Shown: positions 8,637 to 17,893 of the stretch, in pieces
Numbering within the stretch: position 1 is the stretch's first letter
Layout of the letters: the number at the start of each line of letters is the position of its first letter
NCBI GenBank assembly: GCA_963728945.1
Contig: CAVSMA010000002.1
Coordinates: 1,250,723-1,314,722 of the forward strand
DNA length: 64,000 bases
Source of the DNA: an uncultured Actinomycetota bacterium
GTDB taxonomy: Bacteria; Actinomycetota; Actinomycetes; Mycobacteriales; CADCTP01
Reading direction: 5' to 3'
Notes under the pieces: generated by a model
Seen by the model: only the letters and a program-made list of their open reading frames with translations
Databases searched by the model: none
Told to the model about the DNA's origin: nothing
Position numbers and translations under genes: made by a program

Positions 8637-10214
8637 GTGCCGGTGCGCCGGACCTCGCGTGCCCTGCTGCCGACCCTCGCCGCCGCCCTCGTGCTGGCGG
8701 GCTGCTCCTCGGTGGACGGCAACGGGCGGTACGCCGGCGACCCGGTCCCGACCAGGCCGGGCGCACCGGCGCCGACGACCAGGGCGCCGGTCCAGCCGAC
8801 GATCTCGCCGGTGACGTTCCAGGACTGCAGCGCGGTGATCCGGCCGCAGATCCGCGAGTCCCCGGGCGGCGACCGGCCGCTCTCGTTCGGCTGCGGCCGG
8901 CTGCGGGTGCCGCTGGACTACCGCGACCCGTCCCGCAAGGCGATCGACCTGCTGCTGATCCGGGTCCGGCTGGCCGGTCAGCAGAAGCGGATCGGCTCGC
9001 TGGTGGTCAACCCCGGCGGCCCCGGCGCGTCCGGAGCGGACGCCGCGGTCTCGCTCGGGCTGAGCCTGCCGACCGGCCTGCTCAAGCGGTTCGACGTGGT
9101 CGGCTTCGACCCGCGCGGAGTCGGGCTGTCGGCGCCGGTCGAGTGCATCTCCGACCAGCTCAAGGACCAGTCGCTGCAGCTCGACCCGGACGCGCGGGAC
9201 GCGCTCGCGGCGCAGGCGAAGCTGGCCGGCCAGGTCTCCTCCGACTGCGTCGCCAAGTACGGCGACGACCTGCAGCACTACAACACCGAGGAGACCGCGC
9301 GCGACCTCGACCTGGTCCGGCAGGCCGTCGGCGACGGCCGGCTGACCTACCTCGGCTACTCGTACGGGACCAGGCTCGGCTCGGTCTACGCGCAGCTGTT
9401 CCCGAAGCGGGTGCGGGCGCTGGTGCTGGACGGGGCGGTCGACCCGAAGGCCGGCGAGCTCGCCTCCGCACAGACCCAGGCGGCCGGCTTCGAGCGGGCG
9501 TTCGACCAGTTCGCGGCCGACTGCAGGACCCGCAACGCGGCCTGCCTGATCGGGCCGGACCCGCGGGCCACGGTGACGCGGATCCTGGCGGAGGCGAGGC
9601 GGTCACCGATCCCGGGCGGCAGCGGCGGCCGGAAGGCGACCGCCGGGCCGGTGCTGCTGGCGATCGTCTCCGCCCTCTACGACCGGGGCGACTGGGCCGC
9701 CCTGGAGTCGGCGCTGGCCGACGCCGACAACGGAAACTCCAGCGGCCTGTTCGCGCTGGCCGACCGCTACAACCAGCGCGACGACAAGGGCCACTACACC
9801 AACCTCATCGACGCCAACACGGCGATCAACTGCGCCGACTCGGCGGAGAAGGTGCCGGACGCGACCGTGCAGCGGGCGCTCACGTCCTGGCGCAAGCAGT
9901 ATCGGTTGTTCGGCAGCTCGCTCGCGCTCAGCCTGCTCACCTGCCAGCAGTGGCGGGCGCCGCGCGAGCCGCTGCCGGCGGTGCGGGCCGCCGGGGCGCC
10001 GCCGGTGCTGGTGATCGGCACCGTCAACGACCCGGCCACCCCGTACGCGTCGGCGAAGGTGCTGGCCCGCACGCTCGCCTCCGGGCGGCTGCTCACCTGG
10101 CGCGGCGAGGGGCACACCGCATACCCGAAGACGAGGTGCGTGACCGCGGCGGTGGACGCCTACCTCGTCAGCCTCAAGGTCCCGGCCGCGAACGCGACCT
10201 GCGCCGCCTCCTAG
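8637..10214 (+). CDS. alpha/beta hydrolase lipoprotein, tripeptidyl-aminopeptidase-like (S33)
   Basis: 525 aa. Lipobox LVLAGC. Nucleophile elbow GYSYGT. Block VVNPGGPGASG and a C-terminal TAP-like region. Confidence 0.75.
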   Translation: MPVRRTSRALLPTLAAALVLAGCSSVDGNGRYAGDPVPTRPGAPAPTTRAPVQPTISPVTFQDCSAVIRPQIRESPGGDRPLSFGCGRLRVPLDYRDPSRKAIDLLLIRVRLAGQQKRIGSLVVNPGGPGASGADAAVSLGLSLPTGLLKRFDVVGFDPRGVGLSAPVECISDQLKDQSLQLDPDARDALAAQAKLAGQVSSDCVAKYGDDLQHYNTEETARDLDLVRQAVGDGRLTYLGYSYGTRLGSVYAQLFPKRVRALVLDGAVDPKAGELASAQTQAAGFERAFDQFAADCRTRNAACLIGPDPRATVTRILAEARRSPIPGGSGGRKATAGPVLLAIVSALYDRGDWAALESALADADNGNSSGLFALADRYNQRDDKGHYTNLIDANTAINCADSAEKVPDATVQRALTSWRKQYRLFGSSLALSLLTCQQWRAPREPLPAVRAAGAPPVLVIGTVNDPATPYASAKVLARTLASGRLLTWRGEGHTAYPKTRCVTAAVDAYLVSLKVPAANATCAAS

Positions 10215-10978
10215 GCCGGGGTGCCGACCCGGGAGTGGCCGGAGTGGCTGGCGATGAAGTCGAGGATGCGGCGCCAGGAGTCGGCGCCGGCGTCCTTCCA
10301 CTCGGCGAACGAGCGGTCGAAGAACGAGTGCGGCGCGCCCTCGTACACCTTCATGTCGTGCTCGACGCCCTGCGCGGTGAGCTTGCGCTCGAACTCGGCG
10401 AACTCCTCCTGCGTGGTCGCCGCGTCGGCGCCGGCGATCTGCAGCAGCAGCGGGATGTGCATCGTGTCGATCACGTCGTTGACCAGCATCGGCCGGCCGT
10501 AGAAGCCGATCACACCGGCCAGGTCGAGGTCGGTGGCCGACAGCCGCCAGGAGTGGCTGCCGCCGAAGCAGAACCCGACGGTGAAGACCGGTCCGGCGCC
10601 GGCGCCGGAGCGCAGCCGCTCGATCGCGGCGGCCACGTCCGCGCGCACGTTGGCCGGGTCGACCTGCTGCACGTGCGGCATGTACTCGAACTCGTCGTCG
10701 CGCGCCGTGGTGCCGGCGGTCCGGCCGAAGTAGTCGATCGCGACCGCCGGGATGCCGGCCTCGGCGAAGCGCTTGGCCAGATCCATGTAGTACGGGTGCA
10801 GGCCACGGACGTCGGGCAGCACGACCATGCCGGCGCCGCCGGCCTGGAAGCCGGCCGGGATGGCCTCGTACGCGGAGAAGACCGTGCCGTCGGCGGAGGT
10901 GAGCGTCAGCCCGCCGTGCGCGGCCACCTCACCCCGCACCGGCGGCGCCGGCGCCCTGCTGTCGTCGTCGTGGCACAT
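10211..10978 (-). CDS. dienelactone hydrolase family protein
   Basis: Only the C-terminal 255 codons of the 562-aa ORF look coding: MCHDDD...MVVLPDVRGLHPYYMDLAKRFAEAGIPAVAIDYFGR...GFCFGG...YEGAPHSF. ATG at 10978. Confidence 0.8.
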   Translation of the reverse strand: MCHDDDSRAPAPPVRGEVAAHGGLTLTSADGTVFSAYEAIPAGFQAGGAGMVVLPDVRGLHPYYMDLAKRFAEAGIPAVAIDYFGRTAGTTARDDEFEYMPHVQQVDPANVRADVAAAIERLRSGAGAGPVFTVGFCFGGSHSWRLSATDLDLAGVIGFYGRPMLVNDVIDTMHIPLLLQIAGADAATTQEEFAEFERKLTAQGVEHDMKVYEGAPHSFFDRSFAEWKDAGADSWRRILDFIASHSGHSRVGTPA

Positions 10979-11080
10979 GATCGACTCCCTTCGTCCGGCT
11001 CCGGTCGACACCCTGTCACCCGGTGCTGATGACGGTCCGATCGGGCGGGACGGTTCAGCCGGCAGGCGTACGGTTCGATC

Positions 11081-11629
11081 ATGACCGAGACCCCGGACGG
11101 CGACATCCGTGCCTCGGACGCCGAGCGCGAGCAGGTGGCGGCCGAGCTCGGCCGGGCCGTCGGCGAGGGCCGGCTGACGCTGGCCGAGTTCAGCGACCGG
11201 GTCGAGCAGGCGCACGCGGCGCGGACTCGCGCCGAGCTGGCGCCGCTCACCGCCGACCTGCCGGCCGCCACCGGCCAGCTGCGGCCGGCCGGGCCACCGC
11301 GGACGAGCTGGCAGGTGTCCCCGCTCGGCGGCGTGTCCCGGCGGGGCTCCTGGTGGGTGCCCGAGCGGTCGGTCGGGATCAGCCTGATCGGCGGCGCCGA
11401 CCTCGACTTCGGCGGCGCGGAGTTCGCGGCACCGGAGGTGGAGTTCAGCCGGTTCTCGCTGATCGGCGGCATCAGCGCCAAGGTCCCGCCGGGCGTGCGG
11501 GTCGAGGTATCCGGGTTCACCCTGCTCGGTGGTCGCAGCGTGCGACTGCCCGAGCCGGTGCCCGGCGCGCCGGTGCTGCGGCTGCGGCTGTTCTCGATCA
11601 TCGGCGGCATCTCGGTACGGCCGCGCTAG
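11081..11629 (+). CDS. DUF1707 domain protein with LiaF-like C-terminal region
   Basis: 182 aa. N-terminus IRASDAEREQVAAELGRAVGEGRLTLAEFSDRVEQA. The C-terminus has repeated LIGG/LLGG beta-strand motifs. Confidence 0.7.
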   Translation: MTETPDGDIRASDAEREQVAAELGRAVGEGRLTLAEFSDRVEQAHAARTRAELAPLTADLPAATGQLRPAGPPRTSWQVSPLGGVSRRGSWWVPERSVGISLIGGADLDFGGAEFAAPEVEFSRFSLIGGISAKVPPGVRVEVSGFTLLGGRSVRLPEPVPGAPVLRLRLFSIIGGISVRPR

Positions 11630-11792
11630 ACCCGGCTCCGTCCCGGCGGGGCCCGGCACCGGACAGGTCGGCTCATGCGCCGTCCGGGTGTGACCCAAGT
11701 CTCGCCTATCGGAAACAGGCATTCGGACGCAGCACAGCGGGCATATAGCCCTCACCAGGCCGTCGCACGGACTGCACGGCCAGCCTCGAAGG

Positions 11793-13298
11793 GTGCCCGT
11801 GGACGACGACAGCCAGATCGGCCGGTGGATCGGCCGGGCGGCGGCCGGCCGGGGCGACGCGACGTACCTCGCGGACGCGCGCGCCCCGCGAACGGTCACC
11901 TACCGCGACCTCGCGACCTCGGTCGACCACTGGGACCTCCGGCTGACCGCGGCCGGCGTGCCGGCCGGAGCGACCGTCGCGACGGCGCTGCCCGACCCGC
12001 TGGACGCCGCGCTCGCGCTGCTCGGCCTGGTCGGCACGGGTCGGGTCGCCGCGCCGGTCGACCCGGCCGCGCCGCGCGCGCTGGACCGGCGCGTCGCCGA
12101 CCCGGCCACGATCGCGCTGCTCACCGACGACGGTCTCGATCGGCTGCCCGGCCGTCAGCCGGTCCCGCGGCCGGCCGGCGTGCTGCTGTCCAGCTCGGGC
12201 AGCACCGGCGAGCCCAAGCAGATCCTGCTCGGCGAGTCCCAGCTCAGCCACGTCGCGACCGCGGTCGCCCGCTCACACCGGCTCGGGCCGGACGACGTCG
12301 GCTACTGCCCGCTGCCGCTCCACCACGTCAACGCCGAGGTGGTCGGCCTGCTCGCGACGCTGCGGGCGCAGGGCACGCTGGTGCTGGACCGGCGGTTCTC
12401 CCGGCGCCGGTTCTGGGCGACCGTGGACCGGCACCAGGCGACCTGGGTCAACGCGGTGCCCGCGATAATCGCGCTGCTCGCGGAGGATCCCGCGACGACG
12501 TCCGACCCGGCCCGGGTCCGGTTCGTCCGCAGCGCGTCGGCGCCGCTGCCGGTGCCGGTGCTGGAGCGGTTCGAGCAGGTGCACGGCATCCCGGTGCTGG
12601 AGTCGTACGGGATGACCGAGGCGGCCAGCCAGATCACGGTGAACCCGCTGGACGACCGCCGGCCCGGCTCGGTCGGCCGGCCGGTCGACGGCGAGCTGCG
12701 GGTGGTCGGCGACGACGGCCGGGTGCTGCCGGCCGGCGCGTCCGGGCGGGTGCAGATCCGCGGCGCCGGCGTGATCACCGCATACCTGACCGGGCTCGGC
12801 GCGGACCGGTTCGACGCCGAGGGCTGGCTGGACACCGGCGACCTCGGCCGGCTGGACACCGACGGCTACCTCTGGCTGGTCGGCCGGTCCGCCGAGCTGA
12901 TCAACCGCAGCGGGGAGAAGATCCTGCCGCGGGAGATCGAGGACGTGCTGCGCGAGGACCCGGGCGTGCGGGACGCGGTCGTCGTCGGCCGGCCGGACCC
13001 GGTGCTCGGCGAGGTTCCGGTCGCGTACGTGGTCGGCGCCGGTGACGATCCCGGGCTGGCCGAGCGCCTGGAGGAGCGGTGCCGGCAGGCGCTGCCGCAC
13101 GACCGGCGGCCGGCCGAGCTGACCGTCGTCGAGCAGCTGCCGACCTCCGGCACAGGGAAGGTCCTGCGCGCCGAGGTCGCCGACCTGGCCCGCGCCGGCG
13201 CCGCCGGGAGCGGGCCGGCGCGGGGCGGCCGGATCCACTCCGCGGCCGGCGCCGCGCCCGGAGGCGTGGCGGGGGTGGGCAGGGGCGGACCGGCGTGA
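11793..13298 (+). CDS. AMP-dependent synthetase/ligase (acyl-CoA ligase family)
   Basis: 501 aa. AMP-binding core LLSSSGSTGEPK, then YGMTEA, TGDLGRLDTDGYLWLVGR and the C-terminal GKVLR. Confidence 0.8.
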   Translation: MPVDDDSQIGRWIGRAAAGRGDATYLADARAPRTVTYRDLATSVDHWDLRLTAAGVPAGATVATALPDPLDAALALLGLVGTGRVAAPVDPAAPRALDRRVADPATIALLTDDGLDRLPGRQPVPRPAGVLLSSSGSTGEPKQILLGESQLSHVATAVARSHRLGPDDVGYCPLPLHHVNAEVVGLLATLRAQGTLVLDRRFSRRRFWATVDRHQATWVNAVPAIIALLAEDPATTSDPARVRFVRSASAPLPVPVLERFEQVHGIPVLESYGMTEAASQITVNPLDDRRPGSVGRPVDGELRVVGDDGRVLPAGASGRVQIRGAGVITAYLTGLGADRFDAEGWLDTGDLGRLDTDGYLWLVGRSAELINRSGEKILPREIEDVLREDPGVRDAVVVGRPDPVLGEVPVAYVVGAGDDPGLAERLEERCRQALPHDRRPAELTVVEQLPTSGTGKVLRAEVADLARAGAAGSGPARGGRIHSAAGAAPGGVAGVGRGGPA

Positions 13299-14539
13299 CG
13301 GCGACCGCGACGGAACCGGCCACGCGACCGGCTCCCGGCCGGGGCCGGGTGCCCGAGATCGACCTGGTCCGGGTGATCACGTTCGGCGCCGTGGTCGCCG
13401 TGCACGCGATCACCTCGGCGGTGGCGGCGCTCGACGTCGGCGGGCACGCGGCGCTGATGCTGCTGCACTACACCCGCTCGGCGTTCTTCGTGTTCATGGC
13501 GATCGTGCTGGTCCGCTCGGCCGAGCGAACCGGCCACGCCGGCACGCTGCGCCGGCGGCTGACCCTGGTCGGCGTGCCGTACCTGGCCTGGACGGCGATC
13601 TACCTCGTGGTGTCGTGGGCGGCCGGCCAGCGGGACCGGCCGTGGACCGGCGCCTGGGAAGCGGTGCTGACCGGCACGGCCTGGTACCACCTCTACTTCC
13701 TGCTGGTGACGCTGCAGTTCTACCTGCTGCTGCCGGCGTTCCTGTGGCTGCTGCGGGCCACCCGCCGGCACCCGTGGGCGCTGCTCGCCGCCAGCGTGGC
13801 GGTGGCCGTCGCGTTCACCGGCTGGCTGCACTACGGGCCCGGCGCCCCCGGACCGCTGGGCACCTACCGGCGCTACGCCGCCCAGCTGCTGCCGACCTAC
13901 CAGCTGCTGTTCGTGGCCGGTGGCCTCGCCGCGGTCCGCCTGGACGCGGTGCTCGGCTGGCTGCGCGAGCACCGGCGCGGCGTGCTGGTCGCGACCGCTG
14001 CCGGCGCGGTGGCGGTGGAGGTCCTGTACGCGGTCTCCGTCGCCACCGGCATCCGGGCTGACACCGCCTCCGACGCCGTGCAGCCGGCGCTGCAGCTGTG
14101 GGCGCTGCTGCTCACCGCGGGGCTGTTCGCGGCGGCGACGCGGTGGACCGACGCCGGTGCCCCGCACGTCCGCGCCGTCGACCGCGCCTCCGACCTGTCC
14201 TTCGGCGTCTACCTGGTGCACCCGCTGCTCATCCTCGGCCTGCTCGACCTGCCGCACGCGGCCGACCCACCGGCGGCGGTGACCGCCGGCCTGGTCACGG
14301 TGCTCGCCCTGGCCGGCTCGCTGCTGGTGGCCGAGGCGGCCCGGCGCACCCCGGCCAGCCTGCCGCTCACCGGCCGCCCGCGCCGCCGGCCGCCGGACCG
14401 CCGACCGCCGGACCCCCGACCGCCGGACCCCCGACCGCCGGACCCCCGACCGCCGGACCGCACCGAGGACCACCGACCGCCGGCGGTGACCGCACCCGAT
14501 CCGGCTCGGCCCGCCGAGCCCGCGCTACGGAAGGCCTGA
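13295..14539 (+). CDS. acyltransferase_3 family integral membrane protein
   Basis: GTG 13295 overlaps the preceding stop (GTGA). The sequence starts EIDLVRVITFGAVVAVH and has about 10 hydrophobic segments. The tail is Pro-rich and repetitive. Confidence 0.7.
   Translation: MTATATEPATRPAPGRGRVPEIDLVRVITFGAVVAVHAITSAVAALDVGGHAALMLLHYTRSAFFVFMAIVLVRSAERTGHAGTLRRRLTLVGVPYLAWTAIYLVVSWAAGQRDRPWTGAWEAVLTGTAWYHLYFLLVTLQFYLLLPAFLWLLRATRRHPWALLAASVAVAVAFTGWLHYGPGAPGPLGTYRRYAAQLLPTYQLLFVAGGLAAVRLDAVLGWLREHRRGVLVATAAGAVAVEVLYAVSVATGIRADTASDAVQPALQLWALLLTAGLFAAATRWTDAGAPHVRAVDRASDLSFGVYLVHPLLILGLLDLPHAADPPAAVTAGLVTVLALAGSLLVAEAARRTPASLPLTGRPRRRPPDRRPPDPRPPDPRPPDPRPPDRTEDHRPPAVTAPDPARPAEPALRKA
14386..14460 (+). 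repeat. in-frame 15-nt tandem repeat (about 4.5 copies) encoding a PPDPR/PPDRR tail
   Basis: Unit ccgaccgccggaccc is repeated head to tail. It translates to RRPPDRRPPDPRPPDPRPPDPRPPDR at the C-terminus of the acyltransferase. Confidence 0.85.
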
Positions 14540-14540
14540 C

Positions 14541-15869
14541 GTGACCCTCCTCGGCGACCGACCTGTCGACGCGCCGGCCCGCTCCCCGCTGCGACACCGG
14601 GTGCGCGGCCGCGTCCTGCTGCTGCTGTGCGTGCTCTACGCGATCTCGTACGTGGACCGGACCGCGATCTCCGCGGCCGGCCCGGCCCTGCGCGCCGACC
14701 TGCACCTGAACGAGACGCAGTTCGGCATCGCGATGGCCGCGTACTCGCTGCCGTACGCGCTGCTGCAGGTCTTCGGCGGCTGGATCGGCGACCGGTTCGG
14801 CCCGCGCCGGGTGCTGGCCACGCTGGCGGTGCTCTGGGGCATCTCGACGATCTGGACCGGCCTGGCCACCGGCCTGCTCGCGCTGGCCGCCGCCCGGCTG
14901 CTGCTCGGGCTGTCCGAGGGCGCCGCGTTCCCGACCGCGACCCGGGCGATGGCGTCCTGGCTGCCCGGCGACCGGCGCGGCTACGGCCAGGGTGTCGTGC
15001 ACTCGGCCGCCCGGGTCGGCGCCGCGGTCGCGCCGCTGGTCATGGCCGGGCTGGTGACGACCGTCGGCTGGCGGGCCGGGTTCCTCGCGCTCGGCGTCCT
15101 GTCGGCGCTGTGGTCGATCGCCTGGCTGCGCCGGTTCCGGGACCGCCCGCAGGACGACGAGCGGGTCACCGGGACCGAGCTGGCCGAGCTGGACATCCGG
15201 TATGCGGACGCAGCTCCCGGAACGGCAGGCGTTGCGCCCGATCGCCAGGTACCGTGGCGACGGCTGGTCGCCCGGCTGGCACCCGTCACGCTCGTCGACT
15301 TCTGCTACGGGTGGATGCTGTGGGTCTACCTCACCTGGCTGCCGTCCTTCTTCGAGGACGAGTACGGGCTCGCGCTGGGTGGGTTCGCGCTGTTCACCTC
15401 CCTCGTGCTGTCGGCCGGGGTGGTGTCGGACACGCTGGGCGGGATGGTCTCGGACCGGCTGCTGGCCCGCACCCGCAGCCTGCGCACGGCCCGGCGGGCG
15501 AACCTGGTGATCGGCCTGGCCGGCTCGGGGCTGGCGCTGGTCCCGTCGCTGCTGGTGCACAACCTGGTGCTGGTGACGCTGAGCCTGACCGTGTCGTTCT
15601 TCTTCCTGGAGCTGACGAACTCGGTGCTCTGGGCGGTGCCGATGGACATCGCCCCGGACCACGCAGGGGTGGCCAGCGGCCTGATGAACACCGGCTTCGG
15701 GGTGGCGGGCATCGTGTCCCCGATCGTGTTCGGGTTGCTCATCGACCGGACCGGCAACTGGCAGCTGCCGTTCGCCCTGTCGGTGCTGCTGCTGGCGGTC
15801 GGGACGGTGCTGGCGCTGCGGGTGGACCCGCGGCCGCTGGACCGGGAGACGGTCACCGCCGCGGCCTGA
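14541..15869 (+). CDS. MFS transporter (anion:cation symporter-like)
   Basis: 442 aa, about 12 TM segments. Block YAISYVDRTAISAAGPALRADLHLNETQFG...GGWIGDRFGPRR. GTG start 1 nt after the upstream stop. Confidence 0.8.
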   Translation: MTLLGDRPVDAPARSPLRHRVRGRVLLLLCVLYAISYVDRTAISAAGPALRADLHLNETQFGIAMAAYSLPYALLQVFGGWIGDRFGPRRVLATLAVLWGISTIWTGLATGLLALAAARLLLGLSEGAAFPTATRAMASWLPGDRRGYGQGVVHSAARVGAAVAPLVMAGLVTTVGWRAGFLALGVLSALWSIAWLRRFRDRPQDDERVTGTELAELDIRYADAAPGTAGVAPDRQVPWRRLVARLAPVTLVDFCYGWMLWVYLTWLPSFFEDEYGLALGGFALFTSLVLSAGVVSDTLGGMVSDRLLARTRSLRTARRANLVIGLAGSGLALVPSLLVHNLVLVTLSLTVSFFFLELTNSVLWAVPMDIAPDHAGVASGLMNTGFGVAGIVSPIVFGLLIDRTGNWQLPFALSVLLLAVGTVLALRVDPRPLDRETVTAAA

Positions 15870-15877
15870 CCCGGGCG

Positions 15878-16783
15878 GTGCTGGCGGTGCTCGCGGTGCT
15901 CACGCTCGTCACCGCGCTGCCGGCGTCCGCCCCGGCCGGCGAGACGCCGGACGTCGGCGTGGCCGCGGCCGGCACCGTCCCGGTATGGCACACCACGACC
16001 GCGGTCGCGCCCGGCGTGCACGCGGCGACCGTGCGGCTGGCCGCCGGCGGACGGCTGCGCACCGCGATCGTGCTGTCCCCCCGCACCGCCCGGCCGGTGC
16101 CGCTGGTGCTGGTGCTGCACGGCCGGGACACCACGCCGGCGCAGGAGCTGGTCCGCACCGGGTTCGCCGACCTTGCCGGGCACGGCGACGCGGTGCTGGC
16201 GTACCCGGCCGGGATCGGGCGGTCCTGGAACGCGCGCACCGGCTGCTGCGCCGCGGCGGCCCGGCTGCACGTCGACGACGTCGGCTTCCTGCGGGCGCTG
16301 ATCCCGGCGATCGAGGCGCACGCGCCGGTCGACCGCGCCCGGGTCTACCTGATCGGCTACTCCAACGGCGGCCGGCTCGCGCTGACTGCGGCGTGCGCGC
16401 TGCCCGGACGCTTCGCCGGCGTCGCCACGTACGGGACGGCGCAGCCGGCACGCTGCCCGACCGGGATGCCGCCGCTGCCGGTGCTCATCGGCTACGGCAA
16501 CCTCGACCCGCACGCGGCCCCCGGCTACGTCCCGCCCGGCGCGGTCACCGCGCCCGCCGCCGCGGCCGGCTGGCGCTCGGTGGACGGCTGCACCGGCGAG
16601 GCCGCGCTCTCCTTCGTCGCCACCGCGACGGTGAAGTTATGGACCGCCTGCCGGCCCGGCGGCCGGGTCGAGCTGGCCCGCTGGGACGGTCTCGGGCACC
16701 GCTGGCCCGGCACCGGCTGGGTCGACCCGGACGCCACCGCCCGCCGGCTGATCTGGCGCTTCCTCACCGGCCGGCCGGCTTAG
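15878..16783 (+). CDS. secreted PHB-depolymerase-family esterase (LpqC-like)
   Basis: C-terminal 300 codons of ORF 14627-16783. Hydrophobic leader VLAVLAVLTLVTALPASA. Blocks LVLVLHG and the nucleophile elbow GYSNGG. The start codon is uncertain (GTG 15878 or nearby). Confidence 0.65.
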   Translation: MLAVLAVLTLVTALPASAPAGETPDVGVAAAGTVPVWHTTTAVAPGVHAATVRLAAGGRLRTAIVLSPRTARPVPLVLVLHGRDTTPAQELVRTGFADLAGHGDAVLAYPAGIGRSWNARTGCCAAAARLHVDDVGFLRALIPAIEAHAPVDRARVYLIGYSNGGRLALTAACALPGRFAGVATYGTAQPARCPTGMPPLPVLIGYGNLDPHAAPGYVPPGAVTAPAAAAGWRSVDGCTGEAALSFVATATVKLWTACRPGGRVELARWDGLGHRWPGTGWVDPDATARRLIWRFLTGRPA

Positions 16784-17793
16784 TCCCGCCTGCGGGCGCG
16801 ACTGGGCTGCACCCGCATCGGCTCGCCTTCCATTTTCGGGAAGTTGGGCGGGTAGGGCGCGTCGCCGAGGCCGCGGTCCCGCTCGTCCCGGTCGGCCCAC
16901 TCCAGCAGCGGCTCGATCGACCAGGGATGGTCGTCGATGCCCGCGTGCACGTCGCCGAGCTCGGCGAACCGCTCCGGCACGGTGTCGATGGTGAACTCGC
17001 GCGGGTCCGCGTACGGCACCTCGTCCCAGGTGAGCGGCGTCGAGACGGGGGCGCCCGGCTCGCCGCGCAGCGAGTACGCGGAGCGGATCGTGCGGTCGCG
17101 GGCGTTCTGGTTGTAGTCGACGAAGACCTGCTCGCCGCGCTCCTCCTTCCACCACGCGGTGGTGACGAGCGTCGGGATCCGCCGCTCGACCTCCCGGGCG
17201 AACGCCAGGGCGGCCCGGCGGACCACGGTGAACCCGTGCTCGGGCCGGATCCGCACGTACACGTGCATGCCGCGGTTGCCGGAGGTCTTCGGCCAGCCGA
17301 CCGCGCCGAGCTCGTCGAGCACCTCCTTGACCGTGGCCGCGACGACCTTGGCCTCCGCGTAGCCGGTGCCGGGCTGCGGGTCGAGGTCGATGCGCAGCTC
17401 GTCCGGCCGCTCGGTGTCGCCCCGCCGCGAGTGCCACGGGTGGAACTCCACGGTGGACATCTGCACCGCCCAGACCACGCTGGCCAGCTCGGTCACACAC
17501 AGCTCGTCGGCGGTCCGCCCGGACGGGAACGCGACCTGCACGGTCTGCACCCAGTCCGGCGCGCCCTTCGGCAGCCGCTTCTGGTAGACCTTGTCGCCGT
17601 CGATGCCCTCCGGGAACCGGTGCAGCATGCACGGCCGCTCGTACAGGGCCCGGACGATGCCCTCGCCGACCGCGATGTAGTAGTTGGCGACGTCGAGCTT
17701 GGTCTTGCCGAGGGCGGAGAAGTAGACCCGGTCGGGGTTGGTGATCCGGACGACCCGGTCCCCCACGTGCAGGTCCACGTGCGGCGAGGCCAT
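16780..17793 (-). CDS. LigD-type primase-polymerase domain protein (stand-alone)
   Basis: 337 aa. Blocks ITNPDRVYF, LHRFPEGI, WPKTSGNRGMHVYVRI and VFVDYNQNARDRT, typical of the NHEJ polymerase domain. No ligase domain. Confidence 0.85.
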   Translation of the reverse strand: MASPHVDLHVGDRVVRITNPDRVYFSALGKTKLDVANYYIAVGEGIVRALYERPCMLHRFPEGIDGDKVYQKRLPKGAPDWVQTVQVAFPSGRTADELCVTELASVVWAVQMSTVEFHPWHSRRGDTERPDELRIDLDPQPGTGYAEAKVVAATVKEVLDELGAVGWPKTSGNRGMHVYVRIRPEHGFTVVRRAALAFAREVERRIPTLVTTAWWKEERGEQVFVDYNQNARDRTIRSAYSLRGEPGAPVSTPLTWDEVPYADPREFTIDTVPERFAELGDVHAGIDDHPWSIEPLLEWADRDERDRGLGDAPYPPNFPKMEGEPMRVQPSRARRRD

Positions 17794-17893
17794 GCGCAGA
17801 CGCTACCCGCGGCGACCGGCCAGGTGGAGCCCGGCACCTCCTTTTCACCGCCGGTTCGTGACGCCGGCGCCCCGTCCCTGCTAGTAATGGCCG

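Noticed and set aside
10979-11899. N-terminal 300-codon extension of the dienelactone hydrolase ORF
   Set aside because: The extension is Arg/Pro-rich and overlaps the DUF1707 gene on the other strand. The family-like sequence begins at ATG 10978.
14386-14460. CRISPR-like array
   Set aside because: The repeats are contiguous 15-nt units without spacers. They sit inside a coding frame, and no cas genes are present.
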